Assembly (NCBI GenBank): GCA_964529535.1
Contig: CAZGXC010000003.1
Span: 265 to 45,505, forward strand
Reading direction: 5' to 3'
Length of the DNA stretch: 45,241 nt
From: an uncultured Hyphomicrobiales bacterium
GTDB taxonomy: Bacteria > Bacteroidota > Ignavibacteria > Kapaibacteriales > UBA2268
In this document: positions 36,783-45,241 of the stretch, piece after piece
Numbering within the stretch: position 1 is the first letter of the stretch
How the letters are laid out: each line of letters opens with the position of its first letter
Notes under the pieces: generated by a model
Databases searched by the model: none
What the model saw: the letters and a program-made list of their open reading frames with translations, nothing else
What the model was told of the DNA's origin: nothing
Translations under genes and position numbers: made by a program

Positions 36783-38672
36783 ATGCGAAAATGGAAATTA
36801 GATGATTCAGCAGAATTATATAATATCAATGGCTGGGGTAGCGGATATTTCTCGATAAATGATAAGGGAAATGTCGTAGTAAAGCCATCAAGCAAAGGCG
36901 TGCAAATCGACCTAAAAGAACTAATCGACGAATTGCAAATTCGTGATGTCTCAATGCCAGTCCTATTGAGATTCCCAGATATTCTCGATAATAGAATCGA
37001 GAGTATATCAAAATGCTTCGAAAAAGCATCAGAGGAATATAACTTCAATGGTAAATATTTTAATATTTACCCGATAAAAGTTAATCAAATGCGCCCAGTC
37101 GTCGAGGAAATCGTCAGATATGGTAAGAAATTCAACGTAGGATTAGAAGCTGGCTCCAAGCCCGAACTCCACGCCGTATTAGCAAATACTACCAATCCAG
37201 ATGCTCTGATAATATGCAACGGATATAAAGATGAAGATTTTATTGAATTAGCTCTATTAGCACAAAAAATGGGCAAGAAAATCTTTATCGTAGTAGAAAA
37301 ATTAAATGAGTTAAAACTTATAATAAATATTTCTAAAAGAATTAAAATCAAGCCGAATATCGGAATACGCATAAAATTAGCAAGTTCCGGAAGCGGAAAA
37401 TGGGAAGAATCCGGCGGAGACCAAAGCAAATTTGGGCTAAATGCCTCCGAACTTCTCGAAGCTCTATCAATTGCTGAAAATGCAAATGTAATGGATTGCA
37501 TCAAGTTAATTCATTTCCATTTGGGTAGCCAAATCACAAAAATCCGCAAAATCAAAAGCGGGCTCCGCGAATGCTCACAATTCTATATTCAGCTGAAGAA
37601 AATGGGTTGCGGAATAGAATACGTCGATATAGGCGGAGGACTCGGAGTGGATTACGATGGTTCGCGTTCCACCAGCCCGCACAGCATTAACTACGCATTG
37701 CAAGAATATGCCAACGATGCTATATCAATGATGCAAGATGCCTGCGAAAAGCACGAATTGCCACACCCGAATATTATTACAGAATCCGGACGTTCGCTAA
37801 CTGCGCACCATTCAGTGCTGGTTTTCGACGTATTGGAAACAGCTACTCTCCCTATCTGGGATTATGAACACGAAGTAACAGATAATGATCACGAGATTGT
37901 CCGTGAATTATTCAAAATTCACGAAGCCCTCTCGCCTTCTACAATGCTTGAATCATGGCACGACGCTCTGCAAATGAGGGAAGATGCCCTCGATCTTTTC
38001 AGCCTCGGATTATTAGATTTAACTACTCGCGCATTAACCGAACGCCTATTCTGGGGAATAGCTGCGGAAATTAATAGATTGGGAATGGACCTAAAGCATG
38101 TGCCAGAAGAATTAAGAACTTTATCTAAGTCATTATGCGATAAATATTTCTGCAACTTCTCTTTGTTCCAGTCTTTGCCAGATTCATGGGCAATAGATCA
38201 GATCTTCCCGATAATGCCAATTCATAGACTAAATGAGAGACCATCTCATTCAGCTACAGTCCAAGATATTACTTGCGACTCAGATGGAAAGATAGATAGG
38301 TTCATCGGTGCTCGCGATTATGCTAATTTCATTAATTTACACGAGCTTAAAAAAGACGATCCGTATTATATCGGTGTATTCCTCGTAGGAGCATATCAAG
38401 AAATTTTGGGCGATCTGCACAATCTTTTCGGCGATACAAATGCCGTTCACGTAATCGTCAAAGATGATGGATATGAAATAAAGCAAATCATAGAGGGCGA
38501 AACCGTAGCAGAAGTCCTTGATTACGTCCAATATGATGCGAAAAAATTAGTCCGAAATATGGAGACATGGGTTACTTCCTCCGTAAAGGCAGGCACAATC
38601 AGTGCTACCGAAGGGAAAGAATTCCTAACCATCTATCGCTCTGGATTATACGGCTATACCTATTTGGAATAA
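36783..38672 (+). CDS. speA: biosynthetic arginine decarboxylase
   Basis: N-terminus YNINGWGSGYFSINDKGNVVV, PLP-lysine region YPIKVNQ, GGGLGVDYDG, and the C-terminal SpeA-specific extension. 629 aa. Confidence 0.9.
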   Translation: MRKWKLDDSAELYNINGWGSGYFSINDKGNVVVKPSSKGVQIDLKELIDELQIRDVSMPVLLRFPDILDNRIESISKCFEKASEEYNFNGKYFNIYPIKVNQMRPVVEEIVRYGKKFNVGLEAGSKPELHAVLANTTNPDALIICNGYKDEDFIELALLAQKMGKKIFIVVEKLNELKLIINISKRIKIKPNIGIRIKLASSGSGKWEESGGDQSKFGLNASELLEALSIAENANVMDCIKLIHFHLGSQITKIRKIKSGLRECSQFYIQLKKMGCGIEYVDIGGGLGVDYDGSRSTSPHSINYALQEYANDAISMMQDACEKHELPHPNIITESGRSLTAHHSVLVFDVLETATLPIWDYEHEVTDNDHEIVRELFKIHEALSPSTMLESWHDALQMREDALDLFSLGLLDLTTRALTERLFWGIAAEINRLGMDLKHVPEELRTLSKSLCDKYFCNFSLFQSLPDSWAIDQIFPIMPIHRLNERPSHSATVQDITCDSDGKIDRFIGARDYANFINLHELKKDDPYYIGVFLVGAYQEILGDLHNLFGDTNAVHVIVKDDGYEIKQIIEGETVAEVLDYVQYDAKKLVRNMETWVTSSVKAGTISATEGKEFLTIYRSGLYGYTYLE

Positions 38673-38700
38673 GATCAATCATTCCAAATTCATTAACAAA

Positions 38701-38733
38701 TACTCCTGAATATCGCTAAGACATTCAGGAGTA
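38701..38733. terminator. bidirectional terminator between convergent speA and the alpha-2-macroglobulin gene
   Basis: TACTCCTGAAT / ATTCAGGAGTA 11-bp stem flanked by AAA and TTTT. Confidence 0.65.
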
Positions 38734-38765
38734 TTTTATTATGACTCAATATTATGTATTGATAC

Positions 38766-41700
38766 TTACTTAATTGTCGCCTTCCCGCGCCCAAATAATG
38801 AGGCGTAATCAGCTGGAGCATACATTGCTTCTGCACTAATTGCCGGCACGCTAAATGTGCCTCGGTTAGTAACTCTTACCATAAAGTAATATTCTCTATA
38901 TTGATTTGGAACATCTGCGAATAGATATAATCTATCATCGCGAATATCCAAGTTCCGCAGAGCGATCATTTTATCGGATTGGAATGTTGCTCTATTTACT
39001 TCTGGTAATCTTGGGTTCTCTATTTCTAAGCAAGCTGGCAAGAGATTGCTAATTACTACATTGTTAATATTCTGCGGAGAGTTCACGCTGATTTTGCAAT
39101 ATAAGATTTGCCCTTGCACCGCATTATTCAAATCAATTTTAGCTTTGGTTTTATAATCTAAATACTCTCTGCGTATTGAAATATTTCTATCATAATCCGG
39201 AACAAAGGCTTTAGTAATACCCGATACCGTGAAATAATAGTGCATATGCCCTTTGCCGGTAGCTTTTATTGAGATTGATTTCATAGTAAACTCCTTCTCA
39301 TTTAAGCTAATATCCGTGTTTTGAGATGATTTGATCAACTTCCCATCAGCATAGATATTTAGGTTTAACTCTGAGTTCTCCTGCCCTCTGGCAACTTTTC
39401 CAAGAGCTAACATTACAAAGGCGAAATCTTGAGTAGATTGAGCTTTATTCATCTCCAAAGCATTTGAATTAATGAATCTAACTAATTCCGGAATCTTTGG
39501 ATTTTGCGGATCAATATCAGCTAACACATAGAGCATAATAGCATTTGACCTAATGTAAGAATCGAAGTCATCGCCGATTGAGCGCGCATTTTCCTCATAC
39601 GCAATAGCTTTCTCTGTAAATTCATTAAAGATATTCATTTTGCCTGCGTAAGCATAAGCTCCGGCGAGCAAATACCTTGTGTCACTTGTTAGCAATTCTT
39701 GATGTGCTTTATAATAATTCATTGTTGCCACATCAGGATAGCCAGCCATTGCCAATACATAAAGGGAATAGATCAACTCTTTATTCGCAATTTTGCGGGA
39801 TTGTATTTTATTATTAACATAATAGCGATAATCAGTCGTTAGGTTCTGTTTAGCTCTTTTAGAAATATATCTTAATAGCTTTTGATAACTGCCCTCATTT
39901 ACTTGGAAATTTGCTTTCTTTGCCGTAGTCAAGAAATGCGCAGCATAAACAGAGGCATAATAATGGGCATTTTCGTCAGTCGTCCAATATGCAATGCCTC
40001 CGTCCCATCTTTGATTAGCAGCAATCTTGTTAATTACCTCGCTAATATAATAGATAGTATTAGAATTTTTGAATGTATTCGGAGAGATAATACTTGCTAA
40101 ATCGCCGAAATATATCAGTGGAAATGCCTTCGATATTGTTTGCTCCATACATCCATGCGGATATTCCATAAGTTTTTTGAGAATAGATGAATATGCTGTT
40201 GCGTATAATTTAGAAATGCTAATATTCGCTTGCACTAAGCCATCGTAATACTCTTCTGGGATACGTAGATTAACCGTTTCGCCGGCTTTTATTGTTCCTG
40301 TCTGATTAGAAATAGTGTAAGGATTTACGGGACGCACTGGGATTTCTATTTTTTCTTCGGATTTTGCTCCGCCGATTGTCGCAAATTTTATAACGCCTTC
40401 GCCGATTTCATTTTTGGCTTTTACTTTAAATTCCACAGTAGTATGAGAATTAGCTGGAATACTTACGCTCTGCTCATCTGCGGAAGTCAGATAGACTGCC
40501 ATATCAGCCGATACTTTTAATCGTGTTGAAATTGCCTTCCCTGTTGTATTAATAACTGTAACTGGCATAATTAGCTCATCTTCAGGAGCCAAGAAGCGCG
40601 GTATTTCTGGCTCAATGATTAAGTCATTATATACCTTCATTGCTTTCTCAGACGCTCCCATCTTCCCATCTTTATAAGCTACAGCCATAAACCTTACTTC
40701 GCTATTAATATTCGGGATTTCTATTTGAAATTCCGCTTTCCCAGATGAATTGGTCTCAACTATTCCGCTCCAATATGAGAAAGGTTTGAACCTTTTGGTC
40801 TTTATTGGATTCGTCCTGCTCTTTATTAATGATTCATAATCAACATCTTCCATATCATCGCCACCAGTGAGAGATGAAGTCTTTACTATCTCCGGCAATA
40901 AGAACTTATAAATGTCAAAGCTCTTTGTTCTGAGTGGTTTCGCTGAATAGAAATATGTGTATGGGTCTGGGGTTTTATAATTATATAATTGTAGAATCCC
41001 CTCATCCACTGCGGATAAAGTAACATAAGAGTTTGGAGTATTTGTATTTAGATTTACTTTAACTGTGGTGTTTGGCTTTATTTCGCTTGGGGTAATGATT
41101 TCTGTTATAATCTTATTCTCTGTTTTTTCTATTTCAATTGATTTATATCCGTGAGCAACGAAAAACGGAGTGGAATTATCGGGAGTATGTTTCTTGAATA
41201 GAGTTGCCGATACATACACATTCGGTAAGTATTCATCTTTTAGATCAAAGATAATCTCCGCACTTCTATTCTCTACATTTACGTATTGATAGCTCTCAAC
41301 GCCGTTTCTTTCGAGAGTTACGAGCATTTTCCCATTGAATGGAGTAGTAAATAGCACCTTTGCTTTTTCTCCTGCTTGGTATTTCTCTTTATCTATTATT
41401 ATATCTACTCTTCCTTCTTTATCGACTTCAAAAGAACCTGCTGTGGAACTTGCCCAGCCATAAGCGTAGAACTCATAACTTGAGTAATTCGGCATTCCTT
41501 TTTCGGATACTTGTAATTCGTATCTGCCAGATTTCTCCACTGCAAATTTTGTTTCCTTCGCTGAAGATGAGCTGGATATTTCCTTCTCCCATTCTACATA
41601 CTGCTTTTCTTCAGATGAATAATAAAATTTATCAGAATAATCCTTTTTCAGAACGGTTTTCCACTCGTATCGAATCAACTTCATTGTCATATTCTTATTT

Positions 41701-44180
41701 GCTATTGGATTGCCATTCTTATCCACTAATATAGACATTGCCGAGAGATTTTGATTCGTTCCGAAATAGGATCCCTTCATCTTTACTCCTGCATAAGTTT
41801 CGAATGGGAATACTTGGAACTTATGTGTTTTAATAACAGATCTACCATATAAATCAAAAACATTCACAACTGAATAAGCATCGAAATAGCCATTCGTAGT
41901 TGCTTCGGCAGGAATTAAATATTCTGCTGTGCCTTTACCATCTTGATTTAAAAAGCCTTCTCCGATGAATGATTCTATCTCTGGTTTATCATTTTTCTTC
42001 CCCACGAAGGAGAAATCTGAAAACTTGGAGCTGCGGAACTGCTTCTCAACGAGATGGAAATCTGCTTGCCATTTCAGTCCCGATGCCTTCGCACCGAAAA
42101 GAAATTCAGCATCTATATACACATTTACCTTTTCGCCTGGCTTATAATCGGGCTTATCCGATTTCAGTGCTACGCGAATTTTATCCGGCACAAAATCCTC
42201 GACATTTATCAAACGGCTATTTATGTATTCTCCGGAGGCAGTGTATAGCTCTATTCTATATATTCCAGTTAATAAATAATCAGGCAAATCAATGGCTAAT
42301 TCAAAGCCACCTTGAGGATTTACGTTGCTCGAAAATTCTCTGAAAAGTGCACCATTCGGAGAAATCATCTTTACGATTACAGGGAAATCCTGAACCACTT
42401 GCATCTGTTTATTTCTGATAATTGCCGCGATGCGAGCAGTCTCGCCAGGACGATATAGATCTCGCTCGCCATAAATATATGCAGAATAAACATCGCTACC
42501 CTTGTAATTTCCGGCTACGTCGAAGCGCGAGGTCTCTATCTCCGTATTTTCTAAATCAAGATAGTTGAAATCCTGAGCATTTTCCGCTACTATTAATCGC
42601 GGCTGGAAGCCGTTAAGTCGCTTATTGATAGAATCAATTTTAAGGACACCTTCTTTGTCTGTTCGTCCCGATACAATCGTTTGATTATTGGTAGAAATCA
42701 AGCTAATTTCCACATCGCTAATCGGCTCGGTTGTTTCAATAGAATTACAAAATACCATGAGCTGGCTTCCGGACATCTTAGCAATTATACCAATATCCGT
42801 TAATGCTATGGTTTTACTGGAGTTAATCCATCTATCCTCTGTGGAGTACACATTTACAATATATAAACCCTTATCGTTTGTTGGGATTGTTTTCTGTAAA
42901 TTTACTTGGAATTTCTCAAGCCAATTTTGATTATTTTTAAGGGATTTCTTCTCTTTATAAAGCACTTTCCCAAAATTATCGGGATCAATTGCTGAAGTGC
43001 CATAATCACCAGAATCATAATATGAATATTGATTCAAATAATAGAGTAAGTTATTTTTGAATATTTGACACACTTCTACTTCGACTTCATCAACATTCAC
43101 GGCATTTACTTCAAGAGTTTTTTCTCCATTATATCTTAAATATCTTCCGCTTTTATCGGCGAAATTAATTGCTGGATCCAGATTAACAAAGGAGAAATCT
43201 TGCTCGAAATCACTCTTCAGAGTGCCGCCGGCATTGCCTGTCAATCCCTTTCTAATAGTTACATTGACGGAAGAGGAATTTTCGAAATTACCAGTAATAC
43301 GGACTTTGTTGTCCATAAAAGCATATTGAACAGTTTTGGCAGGATTATATGAAACGAAATTTGCAAATGTCTTTTCATCAACGCCTTGCGTGAAAGCAAT
43401 CTCCAACCAACCAGAAGAGCCATCAAAGCCCGAAGCCGTCCCGCTTACTTCCAATTCCTGTTTAGCAGGTAGACTGTATTTAAAGACTTCGTCTTTCTCT
43501 AAACCTTTCTTTCCATAAATACATTGAGCGCCGGATTTTACAATCACTTCGATATTCTGTGCAATATCAGTTTGTTGAATTTTTTCGAGCACAACACTTA
43601 ATTTAGTAGCGTCCGATTTGCTGTTAATCTTGACGTTATTATATTTATTGCCGTTGATTTTTACTTCAATATTTGGCTTAATATTATCAAGATAAACGGG
43701 ATAGTTAAATTCTAAATTTACCTGAATATTCGCTTTATAATATTCGTATGGGATGCTGCTCCAAAAATATTCAGCTCGTAGAGGCTTGAAATCAGGAGTG
43801 CTAAATTCTATTTTCTTATCCCCAAGAGGTAAATCCTTAGCATCAAAAAGTGCTGCGCTTGTTAGCTGAGCCTCATACTTCTGAATGGGCTCTAACTTCG
43901 TAAGCGGTGAGAATAGGAAGGTATTGGGCGAAATCCATTTATATTTCCCCTTCACTTCTGGAGTGAATTTAATAAAGTTATCATCTAACCACACATTCAG
44001 CTTATTTGCTGGGCAAACATCTGCATTCACCTTCACGGTAAAAGTTTGGTTGAGGGAAATATCCTTGTCGGGCGTAAATGATACAATTTGTAGCCCATTT
44101 TCGCAAGCCATCAGTGCTATCGAAAAAAAGATAGCTAAGCATAGCCTTGCTCTCGTCATCATTGCTCTCATCATAATCAA
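38766..44180 (-). CDS. bacterial alpha-2-macroglobulin family lipoprotein with thioester motif
   Basis: Lipobox IALMAC. Many MG-type beta-sandwich repeats. Thioester site YPHGCMEQT (CxEQ, codons at 40141-40152) followed by an alpha-helical TED-like region. 1804 aa. Confidence 0.85.
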   Translation of the reverse strand: MIMMRAMMTRARLCLAIFFSIALMACENGLQIVSFTPDKDISLNQTFTVKVNADVCPANKLNVWLDDNFIKFTPEVKGKYKWISPNTFLFSPLTKLEPIQKYEAQLTSAALFDAKDLPLGDKKIEFSTPDFKPLRAEYFWSSIPYEYYKANIQVNLEFNYPVYLDNIKPNIEVKINGNKYNNVKINSKSDATKLSVVLEKIQQTDIAQNIEVIVKSGAQCIYGKKGLEKDEVFKYSLPAKQELEVSGTASGFDGSSGWLEIAFTQGVDEKTFANFVSYNPAKTVQYAFMDNKVRITGNFENSSSVNVTIRKGLTGNAGGTLKSDFEQDFSFVNLDPAINFADKSGRYLRYNGEKTLEVNAVNVDEVEVEVCQIFKNNLLYYLNQYSYYDSGDYGTSAIDPDNFGKVLYKEKKSLKNNQNWLEKFQVNLQKTIPTNDKGLYIVNVYSTEDRWINSSKTIALTDIGIIAKMSGSQLMVFCNSIETTEPISDVEISLISTNNQTIVSGRTDKEGVLKIDSINKRLNGFQPRLIVAENAQDFNYLDLENTEIETSRFDVAGNYKGSDVYSAYIYGERDLYRPGETARIAAIIRNKQMQVVQDFPVIVKMISPNGALFREFSSNVNPQGGFELAIDLPDYLLTGIYRIELYTASGEYINSRLINVEDFVPDKIRVALKSDKPDYKPGEKVNVYIDAEFLFGAKASGLKWQADFHLVEKQFRSSKFSDFSFVGKKNDKPEIESFIGEGFLNQDGKGTAEYLIPAEATTNGYFDAYSVVNVFDLYGRSVIKTHKFQVFPFETYAGVKMKGSYFGTNQNLSAMSILVDKNGNPIANKNMTMKLIRYEWKTVLKKDYSDKFYYSSEEKQYVEWEKEISSSSSAKETKFAVEKSGRYELQVSEKGMPNYSSYEFYAYGWASSTAGSFEVDKEGRVDIIIDKEKYQAGEKAKVLFTTPFNGKMLVTLERNGVESYQYVNVENRSAEIIFDLKDEYLPNVYVSATLFKKHTPDNSTPFFVAHGYKSIEIEKTENKIITEIITPSEIKPNTTVKVNLNTNTPNSYVTLSAVDEGILQLYNYKTPDPYTYFYSAKPLRTKSFDIYKFLLPEIVKTSSLTGGDDMEDVDYESLIKSRTNPIKTKRFKPFSYWSGIVETNSSGKAEFQIEIPNINSEVRFMAVAYKDGKMGASEKAMKVYNDLIIEPEIPRFLAPEDELIMPVTVINTTGKAISTRLKVSADMAVYLTSADEQSVSIPANSHTTVEFKVKAKNEIGEGVIKFATIGGAKSEEKIEIPVRPVNPYTISNQTGTIKAGETVNLRIPEEYYDGLVQANISISKLYATAYSSILKKLMEYPHGCMEQTISKAFPLIYFGDLASIISPNTFKNSNTIYYISEVINKIAANQRWDGGIAYWTTDENAHYYASVYAAHFLTTAKKANFQVNEGSYQKLLRYISKRAKQNLTTDYRYYVNNKIQSRKIANKELIYSLYVLAMAGYPDVATMNYYKAHQELLTSDTRYLLAGAYAYAGKMNIFNEFTEKAIAYEENARSIGDDFDSYIRSNAIMLYVLADIDPQNPKIPELVRFINSNALEMNKAQSTQDFAFVMLALGKVARGQENSELNLNIYADGKLIKSSQNTDISLNEKEFTMKSISIKATGKGHMHYYFTVSGITKAFVPDYDRNISIRREYLDYKTKAKIDLNNAVQGQILYCKISVNSPQNINNVVISNLLPACLEIENPRLPEVNRATFQSDKMIALRNLDIRDDRLYLFADVPNQYREYYFMVRVTNRGTFSVPAISAEAMYAPADYASLFGRGKATIK

Positions 44181-44280
44181 TTTCCAAGTGTTTTTAATAA
44201 AACACTAAAATAGTATTTTATTTTATAATTAACAAGCAATGAGAATAATATTATTGAAAATCTTAATAAAGTTTTATATT

Positions 44281-44319
44281 CCCCTCATTGAGGGGTGGCA
44301 GGCGAAGCCTGACGGGTGG
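44281..44319. other. GC-rich twin hairpin of unknown function
   Basis: CCCCTC-att-GAGGGG (44281-44295) and CAGGC-gaa-GCCTG (44299-44311), flanked by GGTGG...GGGTGG. A strong GC island in an AT-rich spacer. Confidence 0.5.
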
Positions 44320-44340
44320 AATATTCAATAAAACAATAAA

Positions 44341-44374
44341 AAAAGGTTGTTTAAACTTAATTAAACAACCTTTT
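44341..44374 (-). terminator. rho-independent terminator of rplT
   Basis: AAAAGGTTGTTTAA-acttaa-TTAAACAACCTTTT. On the minus strand the stem is followed by a run of T. Confidence 0.7.
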
Positions 44375-44398
44375 AAATTAACTGCGATTTTGGTTCGC

Positions 44399-44743
44399 TT
44401 ATTTTACAGAATTTACAATTTTAGTAAAGATTTCTGGTTTGTTCATTGCGAAATCAGCTAATACTTTTCTGTTGATATCGATATTTGCTACTCTCAAATC
44501 GTGCATCAATCTTGAATAAGTGGTGCCATTTAAGCGAGCAGCTGCATTAATACGAACTATCCACAATCTGCGGAATGTGCGTTTTTTTGCTTTTCTGTCG
44601 CGGTAAGCATATTGCAAACCTTTTTCGATATGGTGCTTTGCTATTGTCCATACGTTTTTACGCATTCCCCAATAGCCTTTAGCTAATTTTATGAAATTTT
44701 TGCGCTTAGCGCGTGAAGCTACTTTATTGACACTTCTTGGCAT
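44399..44743 (-). CDS. rplT: 50S ribosomal protein L20
   Basis: [30 protein letters not shown]...[22 protein letters not shown] is canonical L20. GGAGG lies 7 nt upstream of the ATG. Confidence 0.95.
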   Translation of the reverse strand: MPRSVNKVASRAKRKNFIKLAKGYWGMRKNVWTIAKHHIEKGLQYAYRDRKAKKRTFRRLWIVRINAAARLNGTTYSRLMHDLRVANIDINRKVLADFAMNKPEIFTKIVNSVK

Positions 44744-44831
44744 AATTTACCTCCAAATAATGTGTTAAATATTTACGGCTGTAGGGAGAGCTTCGACTGT
44801 TCCCATACATACCTGTGAACTATATAGACTA

Positions 44832-44863
44832 CAAAATTATGACTTTTTTTGCAAAAAAACAAA
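44832..44863 (-). promoter_or_regulatory. Bacteroidota-type promoter candidate (TTTG-N20-TAATTTTG) for rplT
   Basis: Minus strand: TTTG (44863-44860), 20-nt spacer, TAATTTTG (44839-44832). Predicts a leader of about 80 nt. Confidence 0.4.
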
Positions 44864-44973
44864 TTATTTATTATTCTGACACTCACCCCACTTTTCACCC
44901 CACACTTTTTTCTACCTCACATATAATAATATCAGAGCTAAATAGTTAACAATAATTCAAGAAGAGATAAAAA

Positions 44974-44989
44974 TGGCGTAAAATATGCT
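44974..44989 (+). promoter_or_regulatory. sigma-54-type -24/-12 promoter candidate upstream of motA
   Basis: TGGCGTAAAATATGCT versus consensus TGGCAC-N5-TTGCW. GG and GC are at the correct spacing, and the motif ends 49 nt upstream of the motA ATG. Confidence 0.4.
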
Positions 44990-45037
44990 GTAAATTTCAC
45001 TTCTAATAGTTTTTGAATATTATTAATCAGGAAAATA

Positions 45038-45241
45038 ATGAAGGCTAGCACTTTTTTCGGAATATTATTGGGTTTAGTCGCAATTTTCGGAGCTTACTTC
45101 GCTGATGGTGGCTCCATTGATGCTTTATTTATGATTACTCCGCTAATCATCGTTGTTGGCGGAACTCTTTCGGCTGGGCTCGCTGGTTCGAGCTTCTCGC
45201 TTATGGCGAAATTGCCTAAGCTATTTGCTATTGCGATTAAC
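45038..45241 (+). CDS. motA: MotA/PomA-family flagellar stator protein, N-terminal fragment (runs off the window)
   Basis: My own translation: MKASTFFGILLGLVAIFGAYFADGGSIDALFMITPLIIVVGGTLSAGLAGSSFSLMAKLPKLFAIAIN. This is the MotA N-terminal pattern (TM1, G-G-x-x-x-A-L, TM2 with GGT). AGGAAA RBS. Not on the ORF track because the frame is open at the window end. Confidence 0.7.
   Translation, partial: MKASTFFGILLGLVAIFGAYFADGGSIDALFMITPLIIVVGGTLSAGLAGSSFSLMAKLPKLFAIAIN

Noticed and set aside
37085-37504. 139-aa minus-strand ORF inside speA (also 36734-37048, 37919-38155 and 38337-38531)
   Set aside because: They are antisense to a gene with continuous SpeA similarity.
39882-43518. Multiple plus-strand ORFs (60-124 aa) inside the alpha-2-macroglobulin gene
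   Set aside because: They are antisense artefacts of a 5.4-kb uninterrupted ORF with a lipobox and thioester motif.
44744-45037. Search for rpmI (L35), infC or any small ORF upstream of rplT
   Set aside because: No frame of adequate length or L35-like Lys/Arg-rich composition was seen. I interpret the region as divergent promoter DNA.
1-45241. Looked for mobile elements, prophage, defence islands, toxin-antitoxin pairs, rRNA/tRNA and large dispersed repeats
   Set aside because: I saw no transposase, integrase, RT, Cas or restriction-modification motifs, and no tRNA-like GC-rich segments. The only GC island (44281-44319) is too short and has the wrong shape for a tRNA. A computational repeat or tRNA scan could still find things missed by eye.

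Overview
Visibly AT-rich, gene-dense bacterial chromosomal window. I saw no rRNA, tRNA, CRISPR array, transposase, integrase, reverse transcriptase or recognisable defence genes. All family calls come from reading motifs in the supplied translations; no searches were run.

Most of the window is core metabolism and envelope biology:
- phosphatidylethanolamine synthesis (psd, pssA), purS and purQ
- two TatA-family genes
- a T9SS-sorted giant surface protein followed by a barrel/OmpA-like protein
- PBP4 (dacB) followed by an orphan sugar-ABC permease
- a TolC / RDD / MacA / MacB-type efflux operon
- a complete alternative complex III operon (actABCDEF)
- an M20 dipeptidase and a PolB-exo-like exonuclease
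- a PD40/OmpA lipoprotein, a YjbR-like protein, a long RelA/SpoT homologue and speA
- a 1804-aa thioester alpha-2-macroglobulin lipoprotein
- a solitary rplT and the 5' end of a MotA-type stator gene

The T9SS C-terminal sorting domain, ACIII and two TTTG-N20-TAnnTTTG promoter-like motifs suggest an FCB-group organism. A flagellar stator as well would fit an Ignavibacteriota-like lineage. This is inference only.

The best candidate for something new is an unannotatable two-gene module at 19268-21569. Its topology, gene order and key residues resemble the GldL/GldM (PorL/PorM) proton-driven motor. It stands alone, without gldK/gldN, between the ACIII operon and the efflux operon, and is preceded by a perfect 22-bp-period triple direct repeat.

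Other oddities:
- a sliding-clamp gene cut off after domain II exactly at a convergent gene's stop codon
- a secreted protein split by one in-frame TAA
- an unusually short ActB
- an RDD/zinc-ribbon gene inside the efflux operon
- a sigma-54-like promoter with upstream C-rich direct repeats before motA
- a small GC-rich twin hairpin
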